Positions 9,286 through 18,021 of a stretch of 33,363 nucleotides of DNA are shown piece after piece. Numbering within the stretch: the first letter of the stretch is position 1; each line of letters starts with the position of its first letter. The position numbers were made by a program, and so were the translations under genes. Where the stretch lies: positions 1 through 33,363 of the forward strand of contig DAHXLH010000220.1 in assembly GCA_027366115.1 (NCBI GenBank). Reading direction: 5' to 3'. The stretch comes from Phycisphaerales bacterium (lineage in GTDB: Bacteria > Planctomycetota > Phycisphaerae > WQYP01). The notes below the pieces were generated by a model that worked only from the letters and a program-made list of their open reading frames with translations, ran no database searches and was not told the origin of the DNA.

Positions 9286-9948
9286 TTAATGGACATGGCG
9301 GATAATTTGGCCGCGCACCAGAAATACCACTTCTTCGGCAATGTTGGTGCAATGATCCGCGATGCGTTCAAAGTTTTTCGCAATCATAATCATCGCCAGA
9401 TCAGCCGGTACATTCTGCGTGTCCGCCACCATGCCGGCCTGCAGGTCTTGATAAATCTGATGGTAGAGTGCATCGATGACATCATCGCCCCGGCACACTT
9501 CAGAAGCTAAAGCCGGATCGCTTAACCCCAGACATTTGGTGGTATCTTCCACCTGCTTAAGTGTGGATTCTGCCATGGTTTTTAATTCATGGGGAATCTG
9601 TGAGACTGTCGCGGAGAACGATGGAACCATCAGCGCGATGTTGTAGGCGCAATCGCCGATGCGCTCCAAATCACTGTTAATTTTTACAATGGCAAAAACC
9701 GTGCGGAGATCCGAGGCGGCGGGCTTATGCTCGGAAAGCATATTGATGGCGGCGCGTTCAATTCTGACTTCCTCGGCGTCAATTTGTTCCTCAGTATCGG
9801 GCACGCCCTGCGCGATATCAGGCCGGCAATGAATCACCGCTTGCGTAACTTGCTCGACCGCTCCCTGGACCAATGCAGCCATGTCCACGCAACGATGATG
9901 CAGAAGTTCCAGGGCTTCAACAAACTGAATCGACACGGGCTGCTCCAC
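9286..9948 (-). CDS. phoU: Phosphate signalling protein PhoU
   Basis: PAASDLR, DLERIGD, DDVIDALY, ERIADHCTNIAEEVVF; GTG start. Confidence 0.92.
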   Translation of the reverse strand: MEQPVSIQFVEALELLHHRCVDMAALVQGAVEQVTQAVIHCRPDIAQGVPDTEEQIDAEEVRIERAAINMLSEHKPAASDLRTVFAIVKINSDLERIGDCAYNIALMVPSFSATVSQIPHELKTMAESTLKQVEDTTKCLGLSDPALASEVCRGDDVIDALYHQIYQDLQAGMVADTQNVPADLAMIMIAKNFERIADHCTNIAEEVVFLVRGQIIRHVH

Positions 9949-10118
9949 GTATAAGGCATAGACCTACAAACTTGACGTAATTATAACCCGGCAAGTACCC
10001 CGGAGCGAACGGCAGATAATTTTCGTGCCGGGTGCAGGTTGACGAATGTGGGTATAATAGCGAGTGGGCATGAAGACGGTTTATGCTGCGGGCGGTGGTT
10101 CTGGAAAGGGTTGTGACC

Positions 10119-11432
10119 ATGACAAACAGGATATTATCCAGACCGGCAGTGCGTTATGGCATGGCGTATCTGGTGTTGCTGATCGGGGGTTCGGCGATCC
10201 ATACATACGCCCAGAATTACCCCGCCTATTCGGGCTACACACCCTACTATTCCCAGCCTTATACTCCGCCGCCACCGCCGGTTGCCCCCCCGCCACCGGC
10301 TTATGCGCCGGTTTACGGGCCGCCGGTCATGGCTACTCCGCAAATTGTCGCACCGCTTAGCGCCCAGCAGATTGATGATCTTGTGGCTCCTATTGCGCTG
10401 TATCCGGACGCGCTGCTGGCCCAGCTTCTGCCGGCCAGCACGTACCCGCAGGAGGTGGCGTTGGCGGCCCAGTGGTTGCAATATAATCCGAATCCCAGCG
10501 AAGTTGTCATTGATATGCAAAACTGGGACGCGTCCATTAAAGCCTTGGTACATTATCCGAACGTCCTGGAAAATATGAATGCAAATATGCAGTGGACCGA
10601 CGCCCTGGGCGTGGCTTTTTTGAATCAGCAGGCGGACGTTATGCAGGCGATTCAACAATTGCGGGCACAGGCTATCGCGGCTGGGACGTTACAATCCACC
10701 CCGCAACAGCAGGTCATATCCCAGAACGGAACCATCTGGATTGAGCCGGCGAACCCGCAAATCGTGTATGTGCCGCAGTATGATCCGAGCCTGGTTTACA
10801 GCCAGCAACCGCAGAATTTCATTGGTCCGTACCTGACGTTCAGCTTGGGTTTTGCCATTGGGAATTGGCTGAATAACGATTGCGATTGGCAAAATAACTG
10901 GGTCAATGCGGGCCAGAGCTGGGATCATAACTGGCGGCAGGATAATCGGGGGCAATGGATGCGTAATCGGCAGGCGGTTCGCGATAATCGTCGCGGATTC
11001 GGCCCAGCGCGACCACTGCCGCAGCGATGGAGGCGCAACGCGCGGGTGCCATTTCCCGCCCTGCCTCCCAATATGGCACAGCGTGGTGCGATTCGGCAAT
11101 ACCGCGGCTGGCCCAACCAGGCACCGGTGAATCGTCCGGGTTCGGCAATCCGCCCGGGAAACAATGGCCGCAGGTTTACGCCACAACCGCCGGCTCGCGT
11201 ATTCGGTGGAAATTATCGCAGCGATAACAACGTTATTCGCGCCCGGAATCGGGGACGCCAAAGCCTCCGAGCCTTTCACAATCAGCAGCGCCAGGGCCGG
11301 GGGAACCGTCCGGAATATCGTGCACCGCAGCGGCAGCAAAGGCAGGCTCCGCCGGCGTTTCACGGCATGAATTCCAGTCGGCAGGTGCAGCAGGACGCAC
11401 AGCGCGGCCGGCAATCCATGCGCCGCCGGTGA
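10119..11432 (+). CDS. DUF3300 domain exported protein
   Basis: LVAPIALYPDALLAQLL.ASTYP, WDASIKAL, LG.AFL.QQADVM.AIQ.LR, IEPANPQIVYVPQYDP; Pro-rich N-terminus and Arg/Gln-rich tail. Start is 10119 or 10083. Confidence 0.9.
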   Translation: MTNRILSRPAVRYGMAYLVLLIGGSAIHTYAQNYPAYSGYTPYYSQPYTPPPPPVAPPPPAYAPVYGPPVMATPQIVAPLSAQQIDDLVAPIALYPDALLAQLLPASTYPQEVALAAQWLQYNPNPSEVVIDMQNWDASIKALVHYPNVLENMNANMQWTDALGVAFLNQQADVMQAIQQLRAQAIAAGTLQSTPQQQVISQNGTIWIEPANPQIVYVPQYDPSLVYSQQPQNFIGPYLTFSLGFAIGNWLNNDCDWQNNWVNAGQSWDHNWRQDNRGQWMRNRQAVRDNRRGFGPARPLPQRWRRNARVPFPALPPNMAQRGAIRQYRGWPNQAPVNRPGSAIRPGNNGRRFTPQPPARVFGGNYRSDNNVIRARNRGRQSLRAFHNQQRQGRGNRPEYRAPQRQQRQAPPAFHGMNSSRQVQQDAQRGRQSMRRR

Positions 11433-11481
11433 TGGCAGACCAACGTCTCAACGAGTTTGAAAATCTTTTTCGGAGAAGTTT

Positions 11482-12498
11482 ATGATTACAGGTAGCAACA
11501 GTTCTAAGTGTGTGGTGGCCGCGATGCTGGTGTCGGGAACGCTTATTCTGGCCTGTGCAGGGTGCCAGAGCCGGAACCCAACCAATGCGAACGCGGCAGC
11601 GCTGGGGCAGCCGATGCGGCAAAGCCAAACGGGGCGGCCCGGGGTGGGGCAGGAATTGTTTCCCAGTGATGATGCGGCGGCGGCGGCGTTGCTGGCTGCG
11701 GTCAAAACGCAAAATCACGCGAAACTGCATTTGATCTTCGGGCCGACAATGAAAACGCTCGTTTCCGGTGATAAGGTGGAGGATCACCGCCATTTTGAAG
11801 AGTTTGTGGCCCATGCCAAACAAAAATTCTGGCTCGAGAAAAAAAATGCCGATACCTCGATCGTTCATATTGGCAATAAGAATTGGCCGTTCCCCATCCC
11901 CATTGTTCGGCTTACCGATGGCAAATGGTTTTTTGATACTCAGGCGGGAAAGGCGGAAATTTTGGCGCGGCGAATCGGAGCCGATGAACTTGATACGATT
12001 AAAGTTTGCGAGGCATATGTGCTGGCTCAACAGCAATATGCAGGCACGTATCATGATGGCGCGGATGTCTTGCGGTACGCCCGGCGGCTGGTAAGTAAAC
12101 CGGGCACACAAGACGGCCTGTACTGGCCGGCCGCAGTTGGCCAACAGGAAAGTCCTTTCGGGCCGCTGGCCGCGCAAGCCGCCGCTGAGGGCTACACGCC
12201 CGGGGCGCACAAAACTACCGGACCGCATCCATTTAACGGCTACTATTTTCGTATTCTCACCCGGCAGGGGTCGGCCGCACCGGGCGGAAAATACAACTAT
12301 GTCATCAATGGGAATATGATTGCGGGTTTTGCCCTTGTTGCGTTTCCCGCCAAATATGGTTCCTCGGGAATTATGACGTTTATTGTCAATCAGCAAGGCC
12401 GGGTGTATCAAAAAGACTTGGGACCGGATACCTTATCGATCGCCCGGCGCATGACGCGTTATAACCCGGATAAATCGTGGACGCTCATACAGGAATGA
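11482..12498 (+). CDS. DUF2950 family protein, probable lipoprotein
   Basis: WPFPIP, WFFD..AG..EIL.RRIG.DEL, DGLYWP, SPFGPL, PFNGYYFRIL..QG, GFALVAFPAKYGSSGIMTF; lipobox-like LACAGC; usual partner of DUF3300. Confidence 0.9.
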   Translation: MITGSNSSKCVVAAMLVSGTLILACAGCQSRNPTNANAAALGQPMRQSQTGRPGVGQELFPSDDAAAAALLAAVKTQNHAKLHLIFGPTMKTLVSGDKVEDHRHFEEFVAHAKQKFWLEKKNADTSIVHIGNKNWPFPIPIVRLTDGKWFFDTQAGKAEILARRIGADELDTIKVCEAYVLAQQQYAGTYHDGADVLRYARRLVSKPGTQDGLYWPAAVGQQESPFGPLAAQAAAEGYTPGAHKTTGPHPFNGYYFRILTRQGSAAPGGKYNYVINGNMIAGFALVAFPAKYGSSGIMTFIVNQQGRVYQKDLGPDTLSIARRMTRYNPDKSWTLIQE

Positions 12499-12507
12499 TG
12501 GGGCGCT

Positions 12508-13875
12508 ATGACCGATATTGACCTGATTCTTGCGCCCGAGATCCCGGCGGCATTGGGCGATGGAACGCCTGTAACCCCGGCGCTAACGCCGATGCCGATG
12601 GTGTACGGCGTGATAATCCCCGTGTACAACCACGGCGGAACCCTCGCAAAAGTCATTGACGAGGTCCTGGAAAAAATTCCGGAAGCGACGGTTTTTGTCA
12701 TCAATGACGGCAGCACCGATTCCACGGCGGACGTGTTGCGGGAACTGGAATTACAGTATCCGGCAGGCCCCCATTGCGCGCTACAAATTGTGCATCATCG
12801 GCACAATCAGGGGAAAGGTGCCGCGCTATTAACCGGCTTTTTTGCCGCGCGGGAGGCCGGTTGCACCCATGCGATCACCATTGACTCCGATGGGCAACAT
12901 CGGGTAACTGATATTTTTCGACTCATGCAGATAGGTCAACTATTTCCTGATGATTTAATTATCGGAGATCGGCAGATGGACTTTGCTGATGTCCCGGCAC
13001 GCAGCAAACACGGACGGGATATGTCCCGGTTCTGGATGCTTTTGCAAACGGGCCAAGATGTACCGGATACGCAATGCGGGTTAAGAATTTATCCCCTGCG
13101 GCACACCCTGACGCTGACCCACCTGTTCCGGCGATTTGATTTTGAAACCGAAACACTGGTTCGCCACGCCTGGGCAGGCTTGCAAGTGAGATCGTCCCCG
13201 ATCACGTGTATTTATTTTACCGCCGACGACCGCATTACCCATTTTCGCCCCGTGCGGGACACGATTCGCGGCGTACGGCTGAACGTTCTGCTGACCACGT
13301 GGCGGATTATCAATCCTGTGCCGTGCCGCAAATGCCAGGTTTCTTATCAGAGGCCGCACGTCTCCTGGCGGGATTGGTCAAGTTGGCGGTTCTGGAAGCG
13401 ACAACTTGGATTAGCTCAATGTGATGCTTTGGCGGATGCCATGCTGGCCACGGCCGTTGGCGTGGGAGTGCTTATAGCTGTGCTCCCGCTTTATGGAATT
13501 CAGACAGTGCTGGCTATCTACACGGCTCGTCGCTTACATATTAACATTCCTGTAACGCTTCTGGCCACGCAAATATCCCTTCCGCCGTTTATTCCGATTT
13601 TAATATTTATGAACGTTCAAACCGGCTATTTGATTTTGCATGGCAGGCTGCTGTCTCCGGAGTTTATGGTACATCAGCAACTCTCCTGGCAGGGAATTTT
13701 TTCCACCTATCTGATGCCCATGTTGCTTGGCGGATTAATTTGCGGATTATCGCTTGGCACCGCCGCTGTGCTGATTACGCGTGCCATGCTGGGACGCATG
13801 CACCGCCAATCAGCGGCAACGCGTGCGGCCGTGCCGCATGATTCAGCGACCGGAAATGCTGAAATGACAACGTAA
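12508..13875 (+). CDS. GT2 glycosyltransferase fused to a DUF2062-like membrane domain
   Basis: VIIPVYN, INDGSTD, NQGKGAAL, TIDSDGQH, DTQCGLRIYP, FDFETE; C-terminal hydrophobic GVLIAVLPLYGIQT..QISLPPFIP. Confidence 0.87.
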   Translation: MTDIDLILAPEIPAALGDGTPVTPALTPMPMVYGVIIPVYNHGGTLAKVIDEVLEKIPEATVFVINDGSTDSTADVLRELELQYPAGPHCALQIVHHRHNQGKGAALLTGFFAAREAGCTHAITIDSDGQHRVTDIFRLMQIGQLFPDDLIIGDRQMDFADVPARSKHGRDMSRFWMLLQTGQDVPDTQCGLRIYPLRHTLTLTHLFRRFDFETETLVRHAWAGLQVRSSPITCIYFTADDRITHFRPVRDTIRGVRLNVLLTTWRIINPVPCRKCQVSYQRPHVSWRDWSSWRFWKRQLGLAQCDALADAMLATAVGVGVLIAVLPLYGIQTVLAIYTARRLHINIPVTLLATQISLPPFIPILIFMNVQTGYLILHGRLLSPEFMVHQQLSWQGIFSTYLMPMLLGGLICGLSLGTAAVLITRAMLGRMHRQSAATRAAVPHDSATGNAEMTT

Positions 13876-14037
13876 GCGAGCTGGCCAGGAAGCCGGTTGA
13901 TCATATCATGGACTAATCCCGAGGCCCCAAATAAGTTTCCGGTTTGGCCCGCAATCCTAGGCCGCACCCCCGGCTAAGCCGGCGGCTGTGTGAGGGACGG
14001 TAGGCCGGATTTTGAGGATTTTATCGGTGAGTTGTTC

Positions 14038-14835
14038 CTAATCCGTGGAGAATTCCTTTTCCCGATTGGCCAACTGGGACCGCAAACGGGCGATGATGCT
14101 GGAGTGCATCTGACTGACGCGCGACTCGGACAGCTCCAGCGCGTCGCCAATTTCCTTCATGGTCATTTCTTCGTAATAATAGAGTACCAGAATCATTTTT
14201 TCCGAGCGGGACAGGCCGCGGGTTATCAAATCCTTGATGTCGCGCTGGTGCAGGATCGCCAGGGGAGAATCAGAGGCTTTGTCCTGCAGCACATCGACTT
14301 CGCGAACGTCTTTGTCACTATCGGATTCAAACCATTTCCGGGACAGGCTTACCTGGGAAACGGCGCTGGAGTCCTTGAGCATTTTTTCAAATTCATCGGC
14401 CGGCACGCCCAGATGCGCCGCAATTTCCTCCTGAGTCGGGGCACGACCCAGTTTCATTTCCAGTTGCCGGGAGGCCTGAATGACTTTGCTGGAGCGGCTG
14501 CGCACCAGGCGGGGCACCCAATCCATGTTGCGCAACTCATCGAGAATCGCTCCGCGAATGCGCGGGGCACAGTATGTTTCAAACTTCACGCCCCGGTTGG
14601 GGTCGAATGATTCAATGGCATCTTTCAGTCCGAATGATCCGGCCTGAATAAGATCATCGAGATCCACCTCATCGGGCAATTTGGAATAAATACGATCGGC
14701 GTTATAGCGCACCAAAGGCAGATATTCCATCATGAGCAAATTGCGCATCACTTCGGTTTTGTGGGCTTTGAACTTTTTCCAGACATCATTGATGTCTTGT
14801 TCAACTGCCGCGGTAGTTGTGCGAGTTTTTGCCAT
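14038..14835 (-). CDS. FliA/WhiG-family (sigma-28-like) RNA polymerase sigma factor
   Basis: YLPLVRY.A, DDLIQAG.FGL.DAI..FDP.RGVKFETY...[42 protein letters not shown]; start MAKTR after AAGGAG. Confidence 0.93.
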   Translation of the reverse strand: MAKTRTTTAAVEQDINDVWKKFKAHKTEVMRNLLMMEYLPLVRYNADRIYSKLPDEVDLDDLIQAGSFGLKDAIESFDPNRGVKFETYCAPRIRGAILDELRNMDWVPRLVRSRSSKVIQASRQLEMKLGRAPTQEEIAAHLGVPADEFEKMLKDSSAVSQVSLSRKWFESDSDKDVREVDVLQDKASDSPLAILHQRDIKDLITRGLSRSEKMILVLYYYEEMTMKEIGDALELSESRVSQMHSSIIARLRSQLANREKEFSTD

Positions 14836-15398
14836 GGGTCGCTCCTTGACCAGACCAGCACCGGAACGGATGATGACTCCCATATCCGTAGGGCGCAAAA
14901 CACACGTGGGCCTCATGCCCCCTGAATTTTCCATGTAACGTTGTGGCGCGACGATGGTTGATTGGCGAAACCGTGACCAACCCATCGACCAGGGGTGAGG
15001 GAATAGCGCAACCGACGATCCCCACCAGTGGGCGCGCAAATTTATATTTTGAGCGGATTAAAAAATAACATGTTGATGATAATGTATTAACGGCGGCACC
15101 CGAGGCGGCACGGAGAACGTCCGTCCCGTGAAGGTTGTTGGTCAAATTTCGGAATAAACCAAGCATATCGAATCCATTCGTTGCTTTGGGCGGCTTTCCC
15201 TGCCTCATAAGAGTATCAAACTGTATCAGCACAGTGACCAGTTTTTTTCGACTCTGATACTCTCGCGAACTGTACAGCGATTCCAGCTTGGGGCACCGGA
15301 CTGAACAACCGCCCGGAATAAAACGCTCATGCCAGCGCCGCTGACTTGCCAGATAGTGTAACACGGCTGTTTTGGAAAGCAAGAGCATTTTTATCGGG

Positions 15399-15965
15399 CT
15401 AATTTGCCGCTTGCACGCCCAGCAGGTGCACCCGAAACTTCAGCGTGCTGTTGGCGGGGATCCCGCTGCCCGGAGGGGATTGATCACCGTAGGCCAGGGC
15501 CGGCGGAATGATCAGTTCACGAACTCCGCCCACCCGCATACCTTTTACGCCGATATCCCAACCGGAAATAACCTGCCCGGCACCCAGCACAAATGGGAAC
15601 GGCTGATTGCCGTGAAGCTTGCTGGCGTCAAAAACTTTGCCGTTCATTAACATGCCCGTGTAATGCACAATCGCGGTTTCGCCATCTTTCGCCACCGGGC
15701 CTGTGCCGATTTTAATATCTTTGATAATCAATCCGTCCGCGAGTTTGCGCACATGTTCGGCCTGGGTGGCCGGGGCAGTGGTCGCGGTGGCCGTGGTGGC
15801 CGTGGGCGTTGCGCCGGCGGGGACGACTGCGGTGGCATTGGCCGGGGTCGCCGGCGCTGACGACGCCGCCGGGGTCTGTTGCGAACCCGAGTTGCCGCAG
15901 CCAACGAGAGCCAGTGTGAGGGTGGAAGTTAAAGTAAACATGAATGCTCTGGGCAGGATTTTCAT
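15399..15965 (-). CDS. FKBP-type peptidyl-prolyl isomerase, lipoprotein
   Basis: Lipobox LALVGC; Ala/Thr linker; VHYTG.L.NGKVFDAS, VISGWDIG..GMRVGG.REL.IPP.LAYG, IPANSTL.F.V.LL. Confidence 0.93.
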   Translation of the reverse strand: MKILPRAFMFTLTSTLTLALVGCGNSGSQQTPAASSAPATPANATAVVPAGATPTATTATATTAPATQAEHVRKLADGLIIKDIKIGTGPVAKDGETAIVHYTGMLMNGKVFDASKLHGNQPFPFVLGAGQVISGWDIGVKGMRVGGVRELIIPPALAYGDQSPPGSGIPANSTLKFRVHLLGVQAAN

Positions 15966-16061
15966 TTTTGATGATCCTCAAAAAAGGGGTTCACAAACGC
16001 TTCGTCTATATTATGCACGATCGTTGCGGCCTGGACAAACACCTGGACAAATCAAAGACAG

Positions 16062-17186
16062 TCAAGGATTAGGCCAGTCCGCATTCACGAAGCGCCCCGC
16101 TTCCAGAATGGTTTTGCCATCCACCTCTATGCGGCAGCCCGGTTGGCGTAAATCACACACCATGTCCCAGTGCAGGCCGCTTTCATTGGTGCCGCCGGTT
16201 TCCGGATAGGCCGCTCCCAATGCGGCATGACATGTCCCGCCGATTTTTTCGTCAAAGAGCGTGTTGCGCGTGTACTGTTGAATTGAAAAATTTGTGCCGA
16301 TGGCAAATTCACCCAGCGTCCGGCTGTCGGCATCCTGATCCATCATGGCGGTAAGAAAATCCAATCCCTTGGAGGCTGCGGCATCCACGACTTTGCCATT
16401 CTTAAACTTCAGCACAATGCCGTCGCATTCGCGACCATGATGCACGGCCGGGAAACTATAGTGGATGACGCCGTTGACGGCATCTTCAATCGGCCCGGTA
16501 AACACTTCGCCATCGGGGAAATTTTCATGACCGCAGCAGTTGATCCAGCGGCGCCCTTCCACGCCCAAGCGCAAATCCGTATCTTTGGCGACCACATGGA
16601 CTTCTTTGGCGGTGTTAAGATAATCCGCCAGCCGTTGCTGCTTTTCGCTGATCTTCTTCCAGGCCGCCACTGGATCATCCAGATGCAGCAATCCGCCGCG
16701 GAAAACAAAATCCGCATAATCGTGCAGGGACATTTCCGCATCCTGCGCACTGGCCTGCGTGGGAAATTGTGTTCCCACCCATTTCAATTTGCCCTGCGCG
16801 GCACGCTCCAGAAATCGTTTGCTGATGGGCCTGCGAGCCTGCGCGGCGGCGGCCTGCTTCTTGGGGTCCACCTGCGTCATGGAACGGGTATTTTCCTGTG
16901 CCCAGAGACCGATGGATACATCCATATTTTCGACAATAAATTGGGACCCCGGAGAAATATATTCCAACTGCCGGGCGCTGGCCACGCGGTAAAACGCTTC
17001 TTCCATCGCATCAGAGCTCATGGAAACAAAGGGATGTCCGCCCGCCAGAAGCACCTGTTCATAAATGGCTTCAATTAACGGCAGACCGATGGTGTCACCG
17101 GAAATTCTCACCAGTTCACCCGCTTTCACCCCGGCAGAATAACCCACTAACACCTTGGCAAGTTTATCTAATCGCTGATCCCGCAT
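16062..17186 (-). CDS. Aminopeptidase, peptidase M29 (AmpS/AmpT) family
   Basis: NFPDGEVFTGP, LGEFAIG, NTLFDEKIGGTCHAALG..YPE, SGLHWDM. Confidence 0.93.
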   Translation of the reverse strand: MRDQRLDKLAKVLVGYSAGVKAGELVRISGDTIGLPLIEAIYEQVLLAGGHPFVSMSSDAMEEAFYRVASARQLEYISPGSQFIVENMDVSIGLWAQENTRSMTQVDPKKQAAAAQARRPISKRFLERAAQGKLKWVGTQFPTQASAQDAEMSLHDYADFVFRGGLLHLDDPVAAWKKISEKQQRLADYLNTAKEVHVVAKDTDLRLGVEGRRWINCCGHENFPDGEVFTGPIEDAVNGVIHYSFPAVHHGRECDGIVLKFKNGKVVDAAASKGLDFLTAMMDQDADSRTLGEFAIGTNFSIQQYTRNTLFDEKIGGTCHAALGAAYPETGGTNESGLHWDMVCDLRQPGCRIEVDGKTILEAGRFVNADWPNP

Positions 17187-17337
17187 GTGATGCCACCTTT
17201 CATAAAAGACATGGTCAGATTACCGCATGAACACGCCGGCCGCAACGTGTGTGATCGAAGTGTGTGAGCGAAGTGACGGAACCCTGCGGGCCAGGCATCG
17301 GCCAGGCATCGGTCCATCGTGTTCCCACGCCAGGCTG

Positions 17338-18021
17338 CTAATTGGCTTCCATTGCCACCTGAATGGCCATACGCAGTAATTCGCTGCTGCTGGCCAGGTT
17401 GAGTTTTTCTTTGATGTGTTCACGGTGCGCTTCGATGGTTTTGGTACTTAAATGCAGGGTTTTGGCGATCTCACGCACAGGCTTTCCCTGGCCGAGAAAC
17501 TGAAATATTTCCAGCTCACGATCGGTCAGCAGATCCAGCGAAGATTTCAGGGGTTGATTTCCGGAAACCGCCAACTGCCGCAGCACGCGCGCCGCGATGG
17601 CTTCGCTGACATAAATATCACCGGCGAGAATTCGCCGGATCGCCAGTAGAATTTTCTCAGTGGCTTCCTGCTTCATGATATAGCCGCGAGCGCCGGCGCG
17701 CAACGCGCGCTCGGCGTACATGTTTTCATCGTGCATGGAAAGTACCAGCATCAGCAGATTCTCGTCGCGGGCCTTGAGGTCTTTAATGAGTTCCAAGCCC
17801 GGCTTGCCCTTCATGGATAAGTCCACAATCACCAGATCAGGCTTGAGCGTGGAAATTAAATCCATCGCGACATCCGCATCGGGCGCTTCACCGCAGACAT
17901 TAAGATCGCCGGCAGCCTCAATAAGCAGGCGCACCCCCTGCCGCGCTACGGGATGATCATCCACCAGAATAATGCGGGGTCGCACTTTAACATTTTTAGA
18001 TCGAGGGCGAATAGTCGGCAT
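17338..18021 (-). CDS. NarL/LuxR-family response regulator
   Basis: ILVDDHPV, IVDLSM (phospho-Asp), VLSMH, GYIMK, LTDRELEIF..IA..LHLS.KTIEAHR.HIK.KL; likely ATG 18021 overlaps the kinase 3' end. Confidence 0.93.
   Translation of the reverse strand: MPTIRPRSKNVKVRPRIILVDDHPVARQGVRLLIEAAGDLNVCGEAPDADVAMDLISTLKPDLVIVDLSMKGKPGLELIKDLKARDENLLMLVLSMHDENMYAERALRAGARGYIMKQEATEKILLAIRRILAGDIYVSEAIAARVLRQLAVSGNQPLKSSLDLLTDRELEIFQFLGQGKPVREIAKTLHLSTKTIEAHREHIKEKLNLASSSELLRMAIQVAMEAN

Noticed and set aside
10039-10058. TTGACG and TATAAT upstream of DUF3300
   Set aside because: The spacer is only 8 nt, so they do not form one sigma-70 promoter, although the -10 alone may be used.
10689-12411. Long antisense ORFs (241 aa and 392 aa)
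   Set aside because: Shadows of the well-supported DUF3300 and DUF2950 genes with no motifs; the same applies to the other antisense ORFs in the track.
14801-15388. 195-aa ORF upstream of the sigma factor
   Set aside because: No domain or RBS, atypical composition, and it overlaps the sigma start and a probable regulatory region.
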